From contig OZ024744.1 in NCBI GenBank assembly GCA_964016885.1, positions 120,156,001-120,220,000 on the forward strand: 64,000 nucleotides of DNA, read 5' to 3'. Below the pieces are notes generated by a model. The model was not told where the DNA came from. It saw only the letters and a program-made list of their open reading frames with translations, and ran no database searches. Below, one piece after another: positions 13,301-27,640 of the stretch. Each line of letters begins with the position of its first letter. The stretch's first letter is position 1. The position numbers were made by a program, and so were the translations under genes. Source of the stretch: Eledone cirrhosa. Lineage: Eukaryota.

Positions 13301-16300
13301 GTATCAGAGCTGTGATCTCTCAATTCAGATATTCTTTCCTGAGACATTCTAACCACATGTCATAGTATCAGAGCTGTGATCTCTCAATTCAGATATTCTT
13401 TCCTGAGACATTAAAGCCACATGTCATAGGATCAGTTTTGTGATCTCTCAATTGAGAGACTATTTCCTGAGATATTGTAAACGCATGTCATATTATCAGA
13501 GCTGTGATCTCTCAATTCAGAGATTCTTTCCTGAGATATAGAATATATCACATGTCATATTATCAGAGCTGTGATCTCTCAATTCAGAGGTTCTTTCCTG
13601 AGACATTCTAACCACATGTCTGTAGTATCAGAGCTGTGATCTCTCAATTAAGAGATTCTTTCGTGGGACATTCTAACCACATGTCATATTATCAGAGTTG
13701 TGATCTCTCAATTCAGTGATTCTTTCCTGAGATATTCTAACCAAATGTCATAGTATCAGAGCTGTGATATCTCAATTCAGAGATTCTTTCCTGAGACATT
13801 CTAACCACATGTCATAGTATCAGAACTGTGATTTCTCAATTCAGAGATTCTATCCTGAGACATTCTAACCACATGTCATAGTATCAGAGCTGTTCTCTCT
13901 AAATTTAGAGATTCTTTCATAAGATATTTTAACCACATGTCATAGTATCAGAGCTGTGATCTCTCAATTCATAGATTCATTCCTGAGACATTCTAAGCTC
14001 GTCATAGTATCAGAGCTGTGATATCTCAATTCAGAGATTCTTTCCTGAGATATTCTAACCACATGTCATAGTATTAGAGCTGTGATCTCTCAATTCGGAG
14101 ATTCTTTCCTGAGACATTCTAACCACATGTCTGTAGTATCAGAGCTGTATGCTCTCAATTCAGAGATTCTTTCCTGAGGCATTCTAACCACATGTCATAG
14201 TATTAGAGCTGTGATCTCTCAATTCAGAGATTCTTTCCTGGGACATTCTAACCACATGTCATAGTATCAGAGCTGTGATCTCTCAATTCAGAGATTCTTT
14301 CCTGAGATATTCTAACCACATGTCATAGTATCAGATAGGTGATCTCTCAATTCAGAGATTCTTTCCTGAGACATTCTAACCACATGGCATAGTATTAGAG
14401 CTGTGATCTCTCAATTCAGAGATTCTTTCCTGAGACATTCTTACCGCATGTAACAGTATCAGAACTGTGATCTCTCAATTCAGAGATTCTTTCCTGAGAC
14501 ATTCTAACCACATGTCATAGTATTTGAGCTGTGATCTCTCAATTCAGAGATTCTTTCCTGAGATATTCTAACCACATGTCATAGTATCAGATATGTGATC
14601 TCTCAATTCAGAGATTCTTTCCTGAGACATTCTAACCATATGTCATAGTATTAGTGCTGTGATCTCTCAATTCAGAGATTCTTTCCTGAGACATTCTAAC
14701 CACATGTCACAGTATCAGAGCTGTGATCTCTCAATTCAGAGATTCTTTCCTCAGACATTCTAACCACATCTCATAGTATCGGAGCTGTGATCTCTCAATT
14801 CAGAGATTCTTTCCTGAGACATTCTAACCACATGTCATAGTATCAGATCTGTGATCTCTTAATTCAGAGATTCTTTCCTGAGATATTCTAACCACATGTC
14901 ATAGTATCAGAGCTGTGATCTCTCAATTCAGAGATTCTATCCTGAGACATTCTAACCACATGTCATAGTATCAGAGCTGTTCTCTCTAAATTTAGAGATT
15001 CTTTCATGAGATATTTTAACCACATGTCATAGTATCAGAGCTGTGATCTCTCAATTCAGAGATTCATTCCTGAGACATTCTAAGCTCGTCATAGTATCAG
15101 AGCTGTGATCTCTCATTTCAGAGATTCTTTCCTGAGACATTCTAACCACATGTCTGTAGTATCAGAGCTGTATGCTCTCAATTCAGAGATTCTTTCCTGA
15201 GACATTCTAACCACATGTCATAGTATCGGAGCTGTGATCTCTCAATTCAGAGATTCTTTCCTGGGACATTCTAACCACATGTCATAGTATCAGGGCTGTG
15301 ATCTGTCAATTCAGAGATTCTTTCCTGAGACATTCTAACCACATGTCATAGTATCAGAGCTGTGATCTCTTTATTTAGAGATTCTTTCATGAGATATTCT
15401 AACCACATGTCATAGTATCAGAGCTGTGATCTCTCAATTCAGAGATTCTTTCCTGAGACATTCTAACCACATGTCATATTATCAGAGCTGTGATCTCTCA
15501 ATTCAGAGATTCTTTCCTGAGTCATTCTAACCACATGTCACAGTATCAGAGCTTTGATATCTCAATTCAGAGATTCTTTCCTGAGATATTCTAACCACAT
15601 GTCATAGTATCAGAGATGTCATCTCTTTATTCAGAGATTCTTTCCTGAGACATTCTAACCACATGTCATAGTATAAAAGCTGTGATCTCTTAATTTAGAG
15701 ATTCTTTCATGAGATATTCTAACCACATGTCATAGTATCAGATCTGTGATCTCTCAATTCAGAGATTCTTTCCAGAGACATTCTAACCACATGTCATAGT
15801 ATTAGAGCTCTGATCTCTCAATTCAGATATTCTTTCCTGGGACATTCTAACCACATGTCATAGTATCAGAGCTGTGATCTCTCAATTCAGAGATTCTTTC
15901 TTGAGATATTCTAACCACATGTCATAGTATCAGATATGTGATCTCTCAATTCAGAGATTCTTTCCTGAGACATTCTAACCACATGTCATAGTATTAGAGC
16001 TGTGATCTCTCAATTCAGAGATTCTTTCCTGAGACATTCTTACCGCATTTAACAGTATCAGAACAGTGATCTCTCAATTTAGAGATTCTTTCCTGAGACA
16101 TTCTAACCACATGTCATAGTATCAGAGCTGTGATCTCTCAATTCAGAGATTCTTTCCTGAGACATTCTAACCACGTCATAGTATCAGAGCTGTGATATCT
16201 CAATTCAGAGATTCTTTCCTGAGACATTCTAATCAAATGTCATAGTATAAGAGCTGTGAACTCTGAATTTACATATTCTTTCCTGAGATATTCTAACCAC

Positions 16301-19300
16301 ATGTCACAGTATCAGAGCTGTGATCTCTCAATTCAGAGATTCTTTCCTCAGACATTCTAACCACATCTCATAGTATCGGAGCTGTGATCTCTCAATTCAG
16401 AGATTCTTTCCTGAGACATTCTAACCACATGTCATAGTATCAGATCTGTGATCTCTCAATTCAGAGATTCTTTCCTGAGATATTCTAATCACATGTCATA
16501 GTATCATAGCTGTCATCTCTCAATTCAGAGATTCTTTCCTGAGACATTCTAACCACATGTCATAATATCAGAGCTGTGATCTCTCAATTTAGAGATTCTT
16601 TCAAGAGATATTCTAACCACATGTCATAGTATCAGAGCTGTGATCTCTCAATTTAGAGATTCTTTCCTGAGACATTCTAACTCCATGTCCACAGTATCAG
16701 AGCTGTGATCTCTCAATTTAGAGATTCTTTTCTGAGATATTCTAACTACATGTCATAGTATTAGAGATGTGATCTCTGAATTCAGAGATTCTTTCCTGAG
16801 ACATTCTAACCACATGTCTGTAGTATCAGAGCTGTATGCTCTCAATTCAGAGATTCTTTCCTGAGACATTCTAACCACATGTCATATTATCAGAGCTGTT
16901 ATCTCTCAATTCAGAGATTCTTTCATGAAATATTCTAACCACATGTCATAGTATCAGAGCTGTGATCTCTCAATTCAGAGATCCTTTCCGGGGATATTCT
17001 AACCTCATGTCATAGTATCAGAGCTGTGATCTCTCAATTCAGAGATTCTTTCATGAGATATTCTAACCACATGTCATAATATCAGAACTATGATCTCTCA
17101 ATTCATAGATTCTTTCCTGAGACATTCTAACCTCATGTCTGTAGTATCAGAGCTGTGATCTCTCAATTCAGAGATTCTTTCCTGATACATTCTAAACACA
17201 TGTCATAGTATCAGAGCTGTGATCTCTCAATTCAGAGATTCTTTCCTGAGACATTCTAACCACGTCATAGTATCAGAGCTGTGATATCTCAATTCAGAGA
17301 TTCTTTCCTGAGACATTCTAATCACATGTCATAGTATCAGAGCTGTGAACTCTCAATTTACATATTCTTTCCTGAGATATTCTAACCACATGTCATAGTA
17401 TTAGAGCTGTGATCTCTCAATTCAGAGGTTCTTTCCTGAGACATTCTAACCACATGTCTGTAGTATCAGAGCTGTGATCTCTCAATTAAGAGATTCTTTG
17501 TTGGGACATTCTAACCACATGTCATTGTATCAGGGCTGTGATCTCTCAATTCAGAGATTCATTCCTGAGACATTCTAAGCACATGTCATAGTATCAGAGC
17601 TGTGATCTCTTAATTTAGAGATTCTTTCATGAGATATTCTAACCACATGTCGTAGTATCAGAGCTGTGATCTCTCAATTCAGAGATTCTTTCCTGAGACA
17701 TTCTAACCACATGTCATAGTATCAGAGCTGTGATCTCTCAATTCAGAGATTCTTTCCTGAGACATTCTAACCACATGTCATAGTATCAGAGCTTTGATAT
17801 CTCAATTCAGAGATTCTTTCCTGAGATATTCTAACCACATGTCATAGTATCAGATCTGTGATCTCTCAATTCAGAGATTCTTTCCTGAGACATTCTAACC
17901 ACATGTCACAGTATCAGAGCTGTGATCTCTCAATTCAGAGATTCTTTCCTGAGACATTCTAACCACATGTCTGTAGTATCAGAGCTGTATGTTCTCAATT
18001 CAGAGATTCTTTCCTGAGACATTCTAACCACATGTCATAGTATTAGAGCTGTGATCTCTCAATTCACAGATTCTTTCCTGGGACATTCTAACCACATGTC
18101 ATAGTATCAGAGCTGTGATCTCTCAATTCAGAGATTCTTTCCTGAGATATTCTAACCACATGTCATAGTATCAGATATGTGATCTCTCAATTCAGAGATT
18201 CTTTCCTGAGACATTCTAACCACATGGCATAGTATTAGAGCTGTGATCTCTCAATTCAGAGATTCTTTCCTGAGACATTCTTACCGCATGTAACAGTATC
18301 AGAACTGTGATCTCTCAATTCAGAGATTCTTTCCTGAGACATTCTAACCACATGTCATAGTATTTGAGCTGTGATCTCTCAATTCAGAGATTCTTTCCTG
18401 AGATATTCTAACCACATGTCATAGTATCAGATATGTGATCTCTCAATTCAGAGATTCTTTCCTGAGACATTCTAACCATATGTCATAGTATTAGAGCTGT
18501 GATCTCTCAATTCAGAGATTCTTTCCTGAGACATTCTAACCACATGTCACAGTATCAGAGCTGTGATCTCTCAATTCAGAGATTCTTTCCACAGACATTC
18601 TAACCACATCTCATAGTATCGGAGCTGTGATCTCTCAATTCAGAGATTCTTTCCTGAGACATTCTTACCTCATGTCATAGTATCAGAGCTGTGATCTCTC
18701 AATTTAGAGATTCTTTCCTGAGACATTCTAACCACATGTCATAGTATCAGAACTGTGATTTCTCAATTCAGAGATTCTATCCTGAGACATTCTAACCACA
18801 TGTCATAGTATCAGAGCTGTGATCTCTCAATTCAGAGATTCTTTCCTGAGACATTCTTACCTCATGTCATAGTATAAGAGCTGTGATCTCTCAATTCAGA
18901 GATTCATTCCTGAGACATTCTAAGCTCGTCATAGTATCAGAGCTGTGATCTCTCATTTCAGAGATTCTTTCCTGAGACATTCTAACCACATGTCTGTAGT
19001 ATCAGAGCTGTATGCTCTCAATTCAGAGATTCTTTCCTGAGACATTCTAACCACATGTCATAGTATCAGAGCTGTGATCTCTCAATTCAGAGATTCTTTC
19101 CTGGGACATTCTAACCACATGTCATAGTATCAGGGCTGTGATCTGTCAATTCAGAGATTTTTCCTGAGACATTCTAACCACATGTCATAGTATCAGAGCT
19201 GTGATCTCTTAATTTAGAGATTCTTTCATGAGATATTCTAACCACATGTCATAGTATCAGAGCTGTGATCTCTCAATTCAGAGATTCTTTCCTGAGACAT

Positions 19301-22300
19301 TCTAACCACATGTCATTTTATCAGAGCTGTGATCTCTCATTTCAGAGATTCTTTCCTGAGACATTCTAACCACATGTCATAGTATCAGAGCTTTGATATC
19401 TCAATTCAGAGATTCTTTCCTGAGATATTCTAACCACATGTCATAGTATCAGAGATGTCATCTCTTTATTCAGAGATTCTTTCCTGAGACATTCTAACCA
19501 CATGTCATATTATAAAAGCTGTGATCTCTTAATTTAGAGATTCTTTCATGAGATATTCTAACCACATGTCATAGTATCAGATCTGTGATCTCTCAATTCA
19601 GAGATTCTTTCCTGAGACATTCTAACCACATGTCATAGTATTAGAGCTGTGATCACTCAATTCAGATATTCTTTCCTGGGACATTCTAACCACATGTCAT
19701 AGTATCAGAGCTGTGATCTCTCAATTCAGAGATTCTTTCCTGAGATATTCTAACCACATGTCATAGTATCAGATATGTGATCTCTCAATTCAGAGATTCT
19801 TTCCTGAGACATTCTAACCACATGTCATAGTATTAGAGCTGTGATCTCTCAATTCAGAGATGCTTTCCTGAGACATTCTTACCGCATGTAACAGTATCAG
19901 AACAGTGATCTCTCAATTTAGAGATTCTTTCCTGAGACATTCTAACCACATGTCATAGTATCAGAGCTGTGATATCTCAATTCAGAGATTCTTTCCTGAG
20001 ACATTCTAATCACATGTCATAGTATCAGAGCTGTGAACTCTGAATTTACATATTCTTTCCTGAGATATTCTAACCACATGTCACAGTATCAGAGCTGTGA
20101 TCTCTCAATTCAGAGATTCTTTCCTCAGACATTCTAACCACATCTCATAGTATCGGAGCTGTGATCTCTCAATTCAGAGATTCTTTCCTGAGACATTCTA
20201 ACCACATGTCATAGTATCAGATCTGTGATCTCTCAATTCAGAGATTCTTTCCTGAGATATTCTAATCACATGTCATAGTATCATAGCTGTCATCTCTCAA
20301 TTCAGAGATTCTTTCCTGAGACATTCTAACCACATGTCATAGTATCAGAGCTGTGATCTCTCAATTTAGAGATTCTTTCAAGAGATATTCTAACCACATG
20401 TCATAATATCAGAACTATGATCTCTCAATTCAGCGATTCTTTCCTGAGACATTCTAACCTCATGTCTGTAGTATCAGAGCTGTGATCTCTCAATTCAGAG
20501 ATTCTTTCCTGATACATTCTAAACACATGTCATAGTATCAGAGCTGTGATCTCTCAATTCAGAGATTCTTTCCTGAGACATTCTAACCACGTCATAGTAT
20601 CAGAGCTGTGATATCTCAATTCAGAGATTCTTTCCTGAGACATTCTAATCACATGTCATAGTATCAGAGCTCTGAACTCTCAATTTACATATTCTTTCCT
20701 GAGATATTCTAACCACATGTCATAGTATTAGAGCTGTGATCTCTCAATTCAGAGGTTCTTTCCTGAGACATTATAACCACATGTCTGTAGTATCAGAGCT
20801 GTGATCTCTCAATTAAGAGATTCTTTGTTGGGACATTCTAACCACATGTCATTGTATCAGGGCTGTGATCTCTCAATTCAGAGATTCTTTCCTGAGACAT
20901 TCTAAGCACATGTCATAGTATCAGAGCTGTGATCTCTTAATTTAGAGATTCTTTCATGAGATATTCTAACCACATGTCATAGTATCAGAGCTGTGATCTC
21001 TCAATTCAGAGATTCTTTCCTGAGACATTCTAACCACATGTCATAGTATCAGAGCTGTGATCTCTCAATTCAGAGATTCTTTCCTGAGACATTCTAACCA
21101 CATGTCATATTATCAGAGCTTTGATATCTCAATTCAGAGATTCTTTCCTGAGATATTCTAACCACATGTCATAGTATCAGATCTGTGATCTCTCAATTCA
21201 GAGATTCTTTCCTGAGACATTCTAACCACATGTCACAGTATCAGAGCTGTGATCTCTCAATTCAGAGATTCTTTCCTGAGACATTCTAACCACATGTCTG
21301 TAGTATCAGAGCTGTATGCTCTCAATTCAGAGATTCTTTCCTGAGACATTCTAACCACATGTCATAGTATTAGAGATGTGATCTCTCAATTCAGAGATTC
21401 TTTCCTGGGACATTCTAACCACATGTCATAGTATCAGAGCTGTGATCTCTCAATTCAGAGATTCTTTCCTGAGATATTCTAACCACATGTCATAGTATCA
21501 GATATGTGATCTCTCAATTCAGAGATTCTTTCCTGAGACATTCTAACCATATGTCATAGTATTAGAGCTGTGATCTCTCAATTCAGAGATTCTTTCCTGA
21601 GACATTCTAACCACATGTCACAGTATCAGAGCTGTGATCTCTCAATTCAGAGATTCTTTCCTCAGACATTCTAACCACATCTCATAGTATCAGAGCTGTG
21701 ATCTCTCAATTTAGAGATTCTTTCCTGAGAGATTCTAACCACATGTCATAGTATCAGAACTGTGATTTCTCAATTCAGAGATTCTATCCTGAGACATTCT
21801 AACCACATGTCATAGTATCAGAGCTGTTCTCTCTAAATTTAGAGATTCTTTCATGAGATATTTTAACCACATGTCATAGTATCAGAGCTGTGATCTCTCA
21901 AATCAGAGATTCATTCCTGAGACATTCTAAGCTCGTCATAGTATCAGAGCTGTGATCTCTCATTTCAGAGATTCTTTCCTGAGACATTCTAATCACATGT
22001 CTGTAGTATCAGAGCTGTATGCTCTCAATTCAGAGATTCTTTCCTGAGACATTCTAACCACATGTCATAGTATCGGAGCTGTGATCTCTCAATTCAGAGA
22101 TTCTTTCCTGGGACATTCTAACCACATGTCATAGTATCAGGGCTGTGATCTGTCAATTCAGAGATTCTTTCCTGAGACATTCTAACCACATGTCATAGTA
22201 TCAGAGCTGTGATCTCTTAATTTAGAGATTCTTTCATGAGATATTCTAACCACATGTCATAGTATCAGAGCTGTGATCTCTCAATTCAGAGATTCTTTCC

Positions 22301-25300
22301 TGAGACATTCTAACCACATGTCATATTATCAGAGCTGTGATCTCTCATTTCAGAGATTCTTTCCTGAGACATTCTAACCACATGTCATAGTATCAGAGCT
22401 TTGATATCTCAATTCAGAGATTCTTTCCTGAGATATTCTAACCACATGTCATAGTATCAGAGATGTCATCTCTTTATTCAGAGATTCTTTCCTGAGACAT
22501 TCTAACCACATGTCATAGTATAAAAGCTGTGATCTCTTAATTTAGAGATTCTTTCATGAGATATTCTAACCACATGTCATAGTATCAGATCTGTGATCTC
22601 TCAATTCAGAGATACTTTCCTGAGACATTCTAACCACATGTCATAGTATTAGAGCTGTGATCTCTCAATTCAGATATTCTTTCCTGGGACATTCTAACCA
22701 CATGTCATAGTATCAGAGCTGTGATCTCTCAATTCAGAGATTCTTTCCTGAGATATTCTAACCACATGTCATAGTATCAGATATGTGATCTCTCAATTCA
22801 GAGATTCTTTCCTGAGACATTCTAACCACATGTCATAGTATTAGAGCTGTGATCTCTCAATTCAGAGATTCTTTCCTGAGACATTCTTACCGCATGTAAC
22901 AGTATCAGAACAGTGATCTCTCAATTTAGAGATTCTTTCCTGAGACATTCTAACCACATGTCATAGTATCAGAGCTGTGATCTCTCAATTCAGAGATTCT
23001 TTCCTGAGACATTCTAACCACGTCATAGTATCAGAGCTGTGATATCTCAATTCAGAGATTCTTTCCTGAGACATTCTAATCACATGTCATAGTATCAGAG
23101 CTGTGAACTCTGAATTTACATATTCTTTCCTGAGATATTCTAACCACATGTCACAGTATCAGAGCTGTGATCTCTCAATTCAGAGATTCTTTCCTCAGAC
23201 ATTCTAACCACATCTCATAGTATCGGAGCTGTGATCTCTCAATTCAGAGATCCTTTCCTGAGACATTCTAACCACATGTCATAGTATCAGATCTGTGATG
23301 TCTCAATTCAGAGATTCTTTCAAGTGATATTCTAACCACATGTCATAATATCAGAACTATGATCTCTCAATTCAGCGATTCTTTCCTGAGACATTCTAAC
23401 CTCATGTCTGTAGTATCAGAGCTGTGATCTCTCAATTCAGAGATTCTTTCCTGATACATTCTAAACACATGTCATAGTATCAGAGCTGTGATCTCTCAAT
23501 TCAGAGATTCTTTCCTGAGACATTCTAACCACGTCATAGTATCAGAGCTGTGATATCTCAATTCAGAGATTCTTTCCTGAGACATTCTAATCACATGTCA
23601 TAGTATCAGAGCTGTGAACTCTCAATTTACATATTCTTTCCTGAGATATTCTAACCACATGTCATAGTATTAGAGCTGTGATCTCTCAATTCAGAGGTTC
23701 TATCCTGAGACATTCTAACCACATGTCTGTAGTATCAGAGCTGTGATCTCTCAATTAAGAGATTCTTTCCTGGGACATTCTAACCACATGTCATTGTATC
23801 AGGGCTGTGATCTCTCAATTCAGAGATTCTTTCCTGAGACATTCTAAGCACATGCCATAGTATCAGAGCTGTGATCTCTTAATTTAGAGATTCTTTCATG
23901 AGATATTCTAACCACATGTCATAGTATCAGAGCTGTGATCTCTCAATTCAGAGATTCTTTCCTGAGACATTCTAACCACATGTCATAGTATCAGAGCTGT
24001 GATCTCTCAATTCAGAGATTCTTTCCTGAGACATTCTAACCACATGTCATAGTATCAGAGCTTTGATATCTCAATTCAGAGATTCTTTCCTGAGATATTC
24101 TAACCACATGTCATAGTATCAGATCTGTGATCTCTCAATTCAGAGATTCTTTCCTGAGACATTCTAACCACATGTCACAGTATCAGAGCTGTGATCTCTC
24201 AATTCAGAGATTCTTTCCTGAGACATTCTAACCACATGTCTTAATATTAGAGCTGTGATCTCTCAATTCAGAGATTCTTTCCTGGGACATTCTAACCACA
24301 TGTCATAGTATCAGAACTGTGATCTCTCAATTCAGAAATTCTTTCCTGAGATATTCTAAGCACATGTCATAGTATCAGAGCTGTGATCTCTCAATTCAGA
24401 GATCCTTTCCGGGGATATTCTAACCGCATGTCATAGTATCAGAGCTGTGATCTCTCAATTCAGAGATTCTTTCATGAGATATTCTAACCACATGTCATAA
24501 TATCAGAATTATGATCTCTCAATTCAGAGATTCTTTCCTGAGACATTCCAACCTCATGTCTGTAGTATCAGAGCTGTGATCTCTCAATTCAGAGATTCTT
24601 TCCTGATACATTCTAAACACATGTCATAGTATCAGAGCTGTGATCTCTCAATTCAGAGATTCTTTCCTGAGACATTCTAACCACGTCATAGAATCAGAGC
24701 TGTGATATCTCAATTCAGAGATTCTTTCCTGAGACATTCTAATCACATGTCATAGTATCAGAGCTGTGAACTCTCAATTTACATATTCTTTCCTGAGATA
24801 TTCTAACCACATGTCATAGTATTAGAGCTGTGATCTCTCAATTCAGAGGTTCTTTCCTGAGACATTCTAACCACATGTCTGTAGTATCAGAGCTGTGATC
24901 TCTCAATTAAGAGATTCTTTCCTGGGACATTCTAACCACATGTCATTGTATCAGGGCTGTGATCTCTCAATTCAGAGATTCTTTCCTGAGACATTCTAAG
25001 CACATGTCATAGTATCAGAGCTGTGATCTATTAATTTAGAGATTCTTTCATGAGGTATTCTAACCACATGTCATAGTATCAGAGCTGTGATCTCTCAATT
25101 CAGATATTCTTTCCTGAGACATTCTAACCACATGTCATAGTATCAGAGCTGTGATCTCTCAATTCAGAGATTCTTTCCTGAGACATTCTAACCACATGTC
25201 ATAGTATCAGAGCTTTGATATCTCAATTCAGAGATTCTTTCCTGAGATATTCTAACCACATGTCATAGTATCAGATCTGTGATCTCTCAATTCAGAGATT

Positions 25301-27640
25301 CTTTCCTGAGACATTCTAACCACATGTGACAGTAGCAGAGCTGTGATCTTTCAATTCAGAGATTCTTTCCTGAGACATTCTAACCACATGTCTGTAGTAT
25401 CAGAGCTGTATGCTCTCAATTCAGAGATTCTTTCCTGAGACATTCTAACCACATGTCATAGTATTAGAGCTGTGATCTCTCAATTCAGAGATTCTTTCCT
25501 GGGACATTCTAACCACATGTCATTATATCAGAGCTGTGATCTCTCAATTCAGAGATTCTTTCCTGAGATATTCTAACCACATGTCATAGTATCAGATATG
25601 TGATCTCTCAATTCAGAGATTCTTTCCTGAGACATTCTAACCACATGGCATAGTATTAGAGCTGTGATCTCTCAATTCAGAGATTCTTTCCTGAGACATT
25701 CTTACCGCATGTAACAGTATCAGAACTGTGATCTCTCAATTCAGAGATTCTTTCCTGAGACATTCTAACCACATGTCATAGTATTAGAGCTGTGATCTCT
25801 CAATTCAGAGATTCTTTTCTGAGATATTCTAACCACATGTCATAGTATCAGATATGTGATCTCTCAATTCAGAGATTCTTTCCTGAGACATTCTAACCAT
25901 ATGTCATAGTATTAGAGCTGTGATCTCTCAATTCAGAGATTCTTTCCTGAGACATTCTAACCACATGTCACAGTATCAGATCTGTGATCTCTCAATTCAG
26001 AGATTCTTTCCTCAGACATTCTAACCACATCTCATAGTATCGGAGCTGTGATCTCTCAATTCAGAGATTCTTTCCTGAGACATTCTTACCTCATGTCATA
26101 GTATCAGAGCTGTGATCTCTCAATTTAGAGATTCTTTCCTGAGACATTCTAACCACATGTCATAGTATCAGAACTGTGATTTCTCAATTCAGAGATTCTA
26201 TCCTGAGACATGCTAACCACATGTCATAGTATCAGAGCTGTTCTCTCTCAATTCAGAGATTCATTCCTGAGACATTCTAAGCTCGTCATAGTATCAGAGC
26301 TGTGATCTCTCATTTCAGAGATTCTTTCCTGAGACATTCTAACCACATGTCTGTAGTATCGGAGCTGTATGCTCTCAATTCAGAGATTCTTTCCTGAGAC
26401 ATTCTAACCACATGTCATAGTATCGGAGCTGTGATCTCTCAATTCAGAGATTCTTTCCTGGGACATTCTAACCACATGTCATAGTATCAGAGCTGTGATC
26501 TCTTAATTTAGAGATTCTTTCATGAGATATTCTAACCACATGTCATAGTATCAGAGCTGTGATCTCTCAATTCAGAGATTCTTTCCTGAGACATTCTAAC
26601 CACATGTCATATTATCAGAGCTGTGATCTCTCATTTCAGAGATTCTTTCCTGAGACATTCTAACCACATGTCATAGTATCAGAGCTTTGATATCTCAATT
26701 CAGAGATTCTTTCCTGAGATATTCTAACCACATGTCATAGTATCAGAGATGTCATCTCTTTATTCAGAGATTCTTTCCTGAGACATTCTAACCACATGTC
26801 ATAGTATAAAAGCTGTGATCTCTTAATTTAGAGATTCTTTTATGAGATATTCTAACCACATGTCATAGTATCAGATCTGTGATCTCTCAATTCAGAGATT
26901 CTTTCCTGAGACATTCTAACCACATGTCATAGTATAAAAGCTGTGATCTCTTAATTTAGAGATTCTTTCCTGAAACATTCTTACCGCTTGTAACAGTATC
27001 AGAACAGTGATCTCTCAACTTAGAGATTCTTTCCTGAGACATTCTAACCACATGTCATAGTATCAGAGCTGTGATCTCTCAATTCAGAGATTCTTTCCTG
27101 AGACATTCTAACCACGTCATAGTATCAGAGCTGTGATATCTCAATTCAGAGATTCTTTCCTGAGACATTCTAATCACATGTCATAGTATCAGAGCTGTGA
27201 ACTCTGAATTTACATATTCTTTCCTGAGATATTCTAACCACATGTCACAGTATCAGAGCTGTGATCTCTCAATTCAGAGATTCTTTCCACAGACATTCTA
27301 ACCACATCTCATAGTATCGGAGCTGTGATCTCTCAATTCAGAGATTCTTTCCTGAGACATTCTAACCACATGTCATAGTATCAGATCTGTGATCTCTCAA
27401 TTCAGAGATTCTTTCCTGAGATATTCTAATCACATGTCATTATATCATAGCTGTCATCTCTCAATTCAGAGATTCTTTCCTGAGACATTCTAACCACATG
27501 TCATAGTATCAGAGCTGTGATCTCTCAATTTAGAGATTCTTTCAAGAGATATTCTAACCACATGTCATAGTATCAGAGCTGTGATCTCTCAATTCAGAGA
27601 TTCTTTCCTGAAACATTCTAACCACATGTAATAGTATTAG

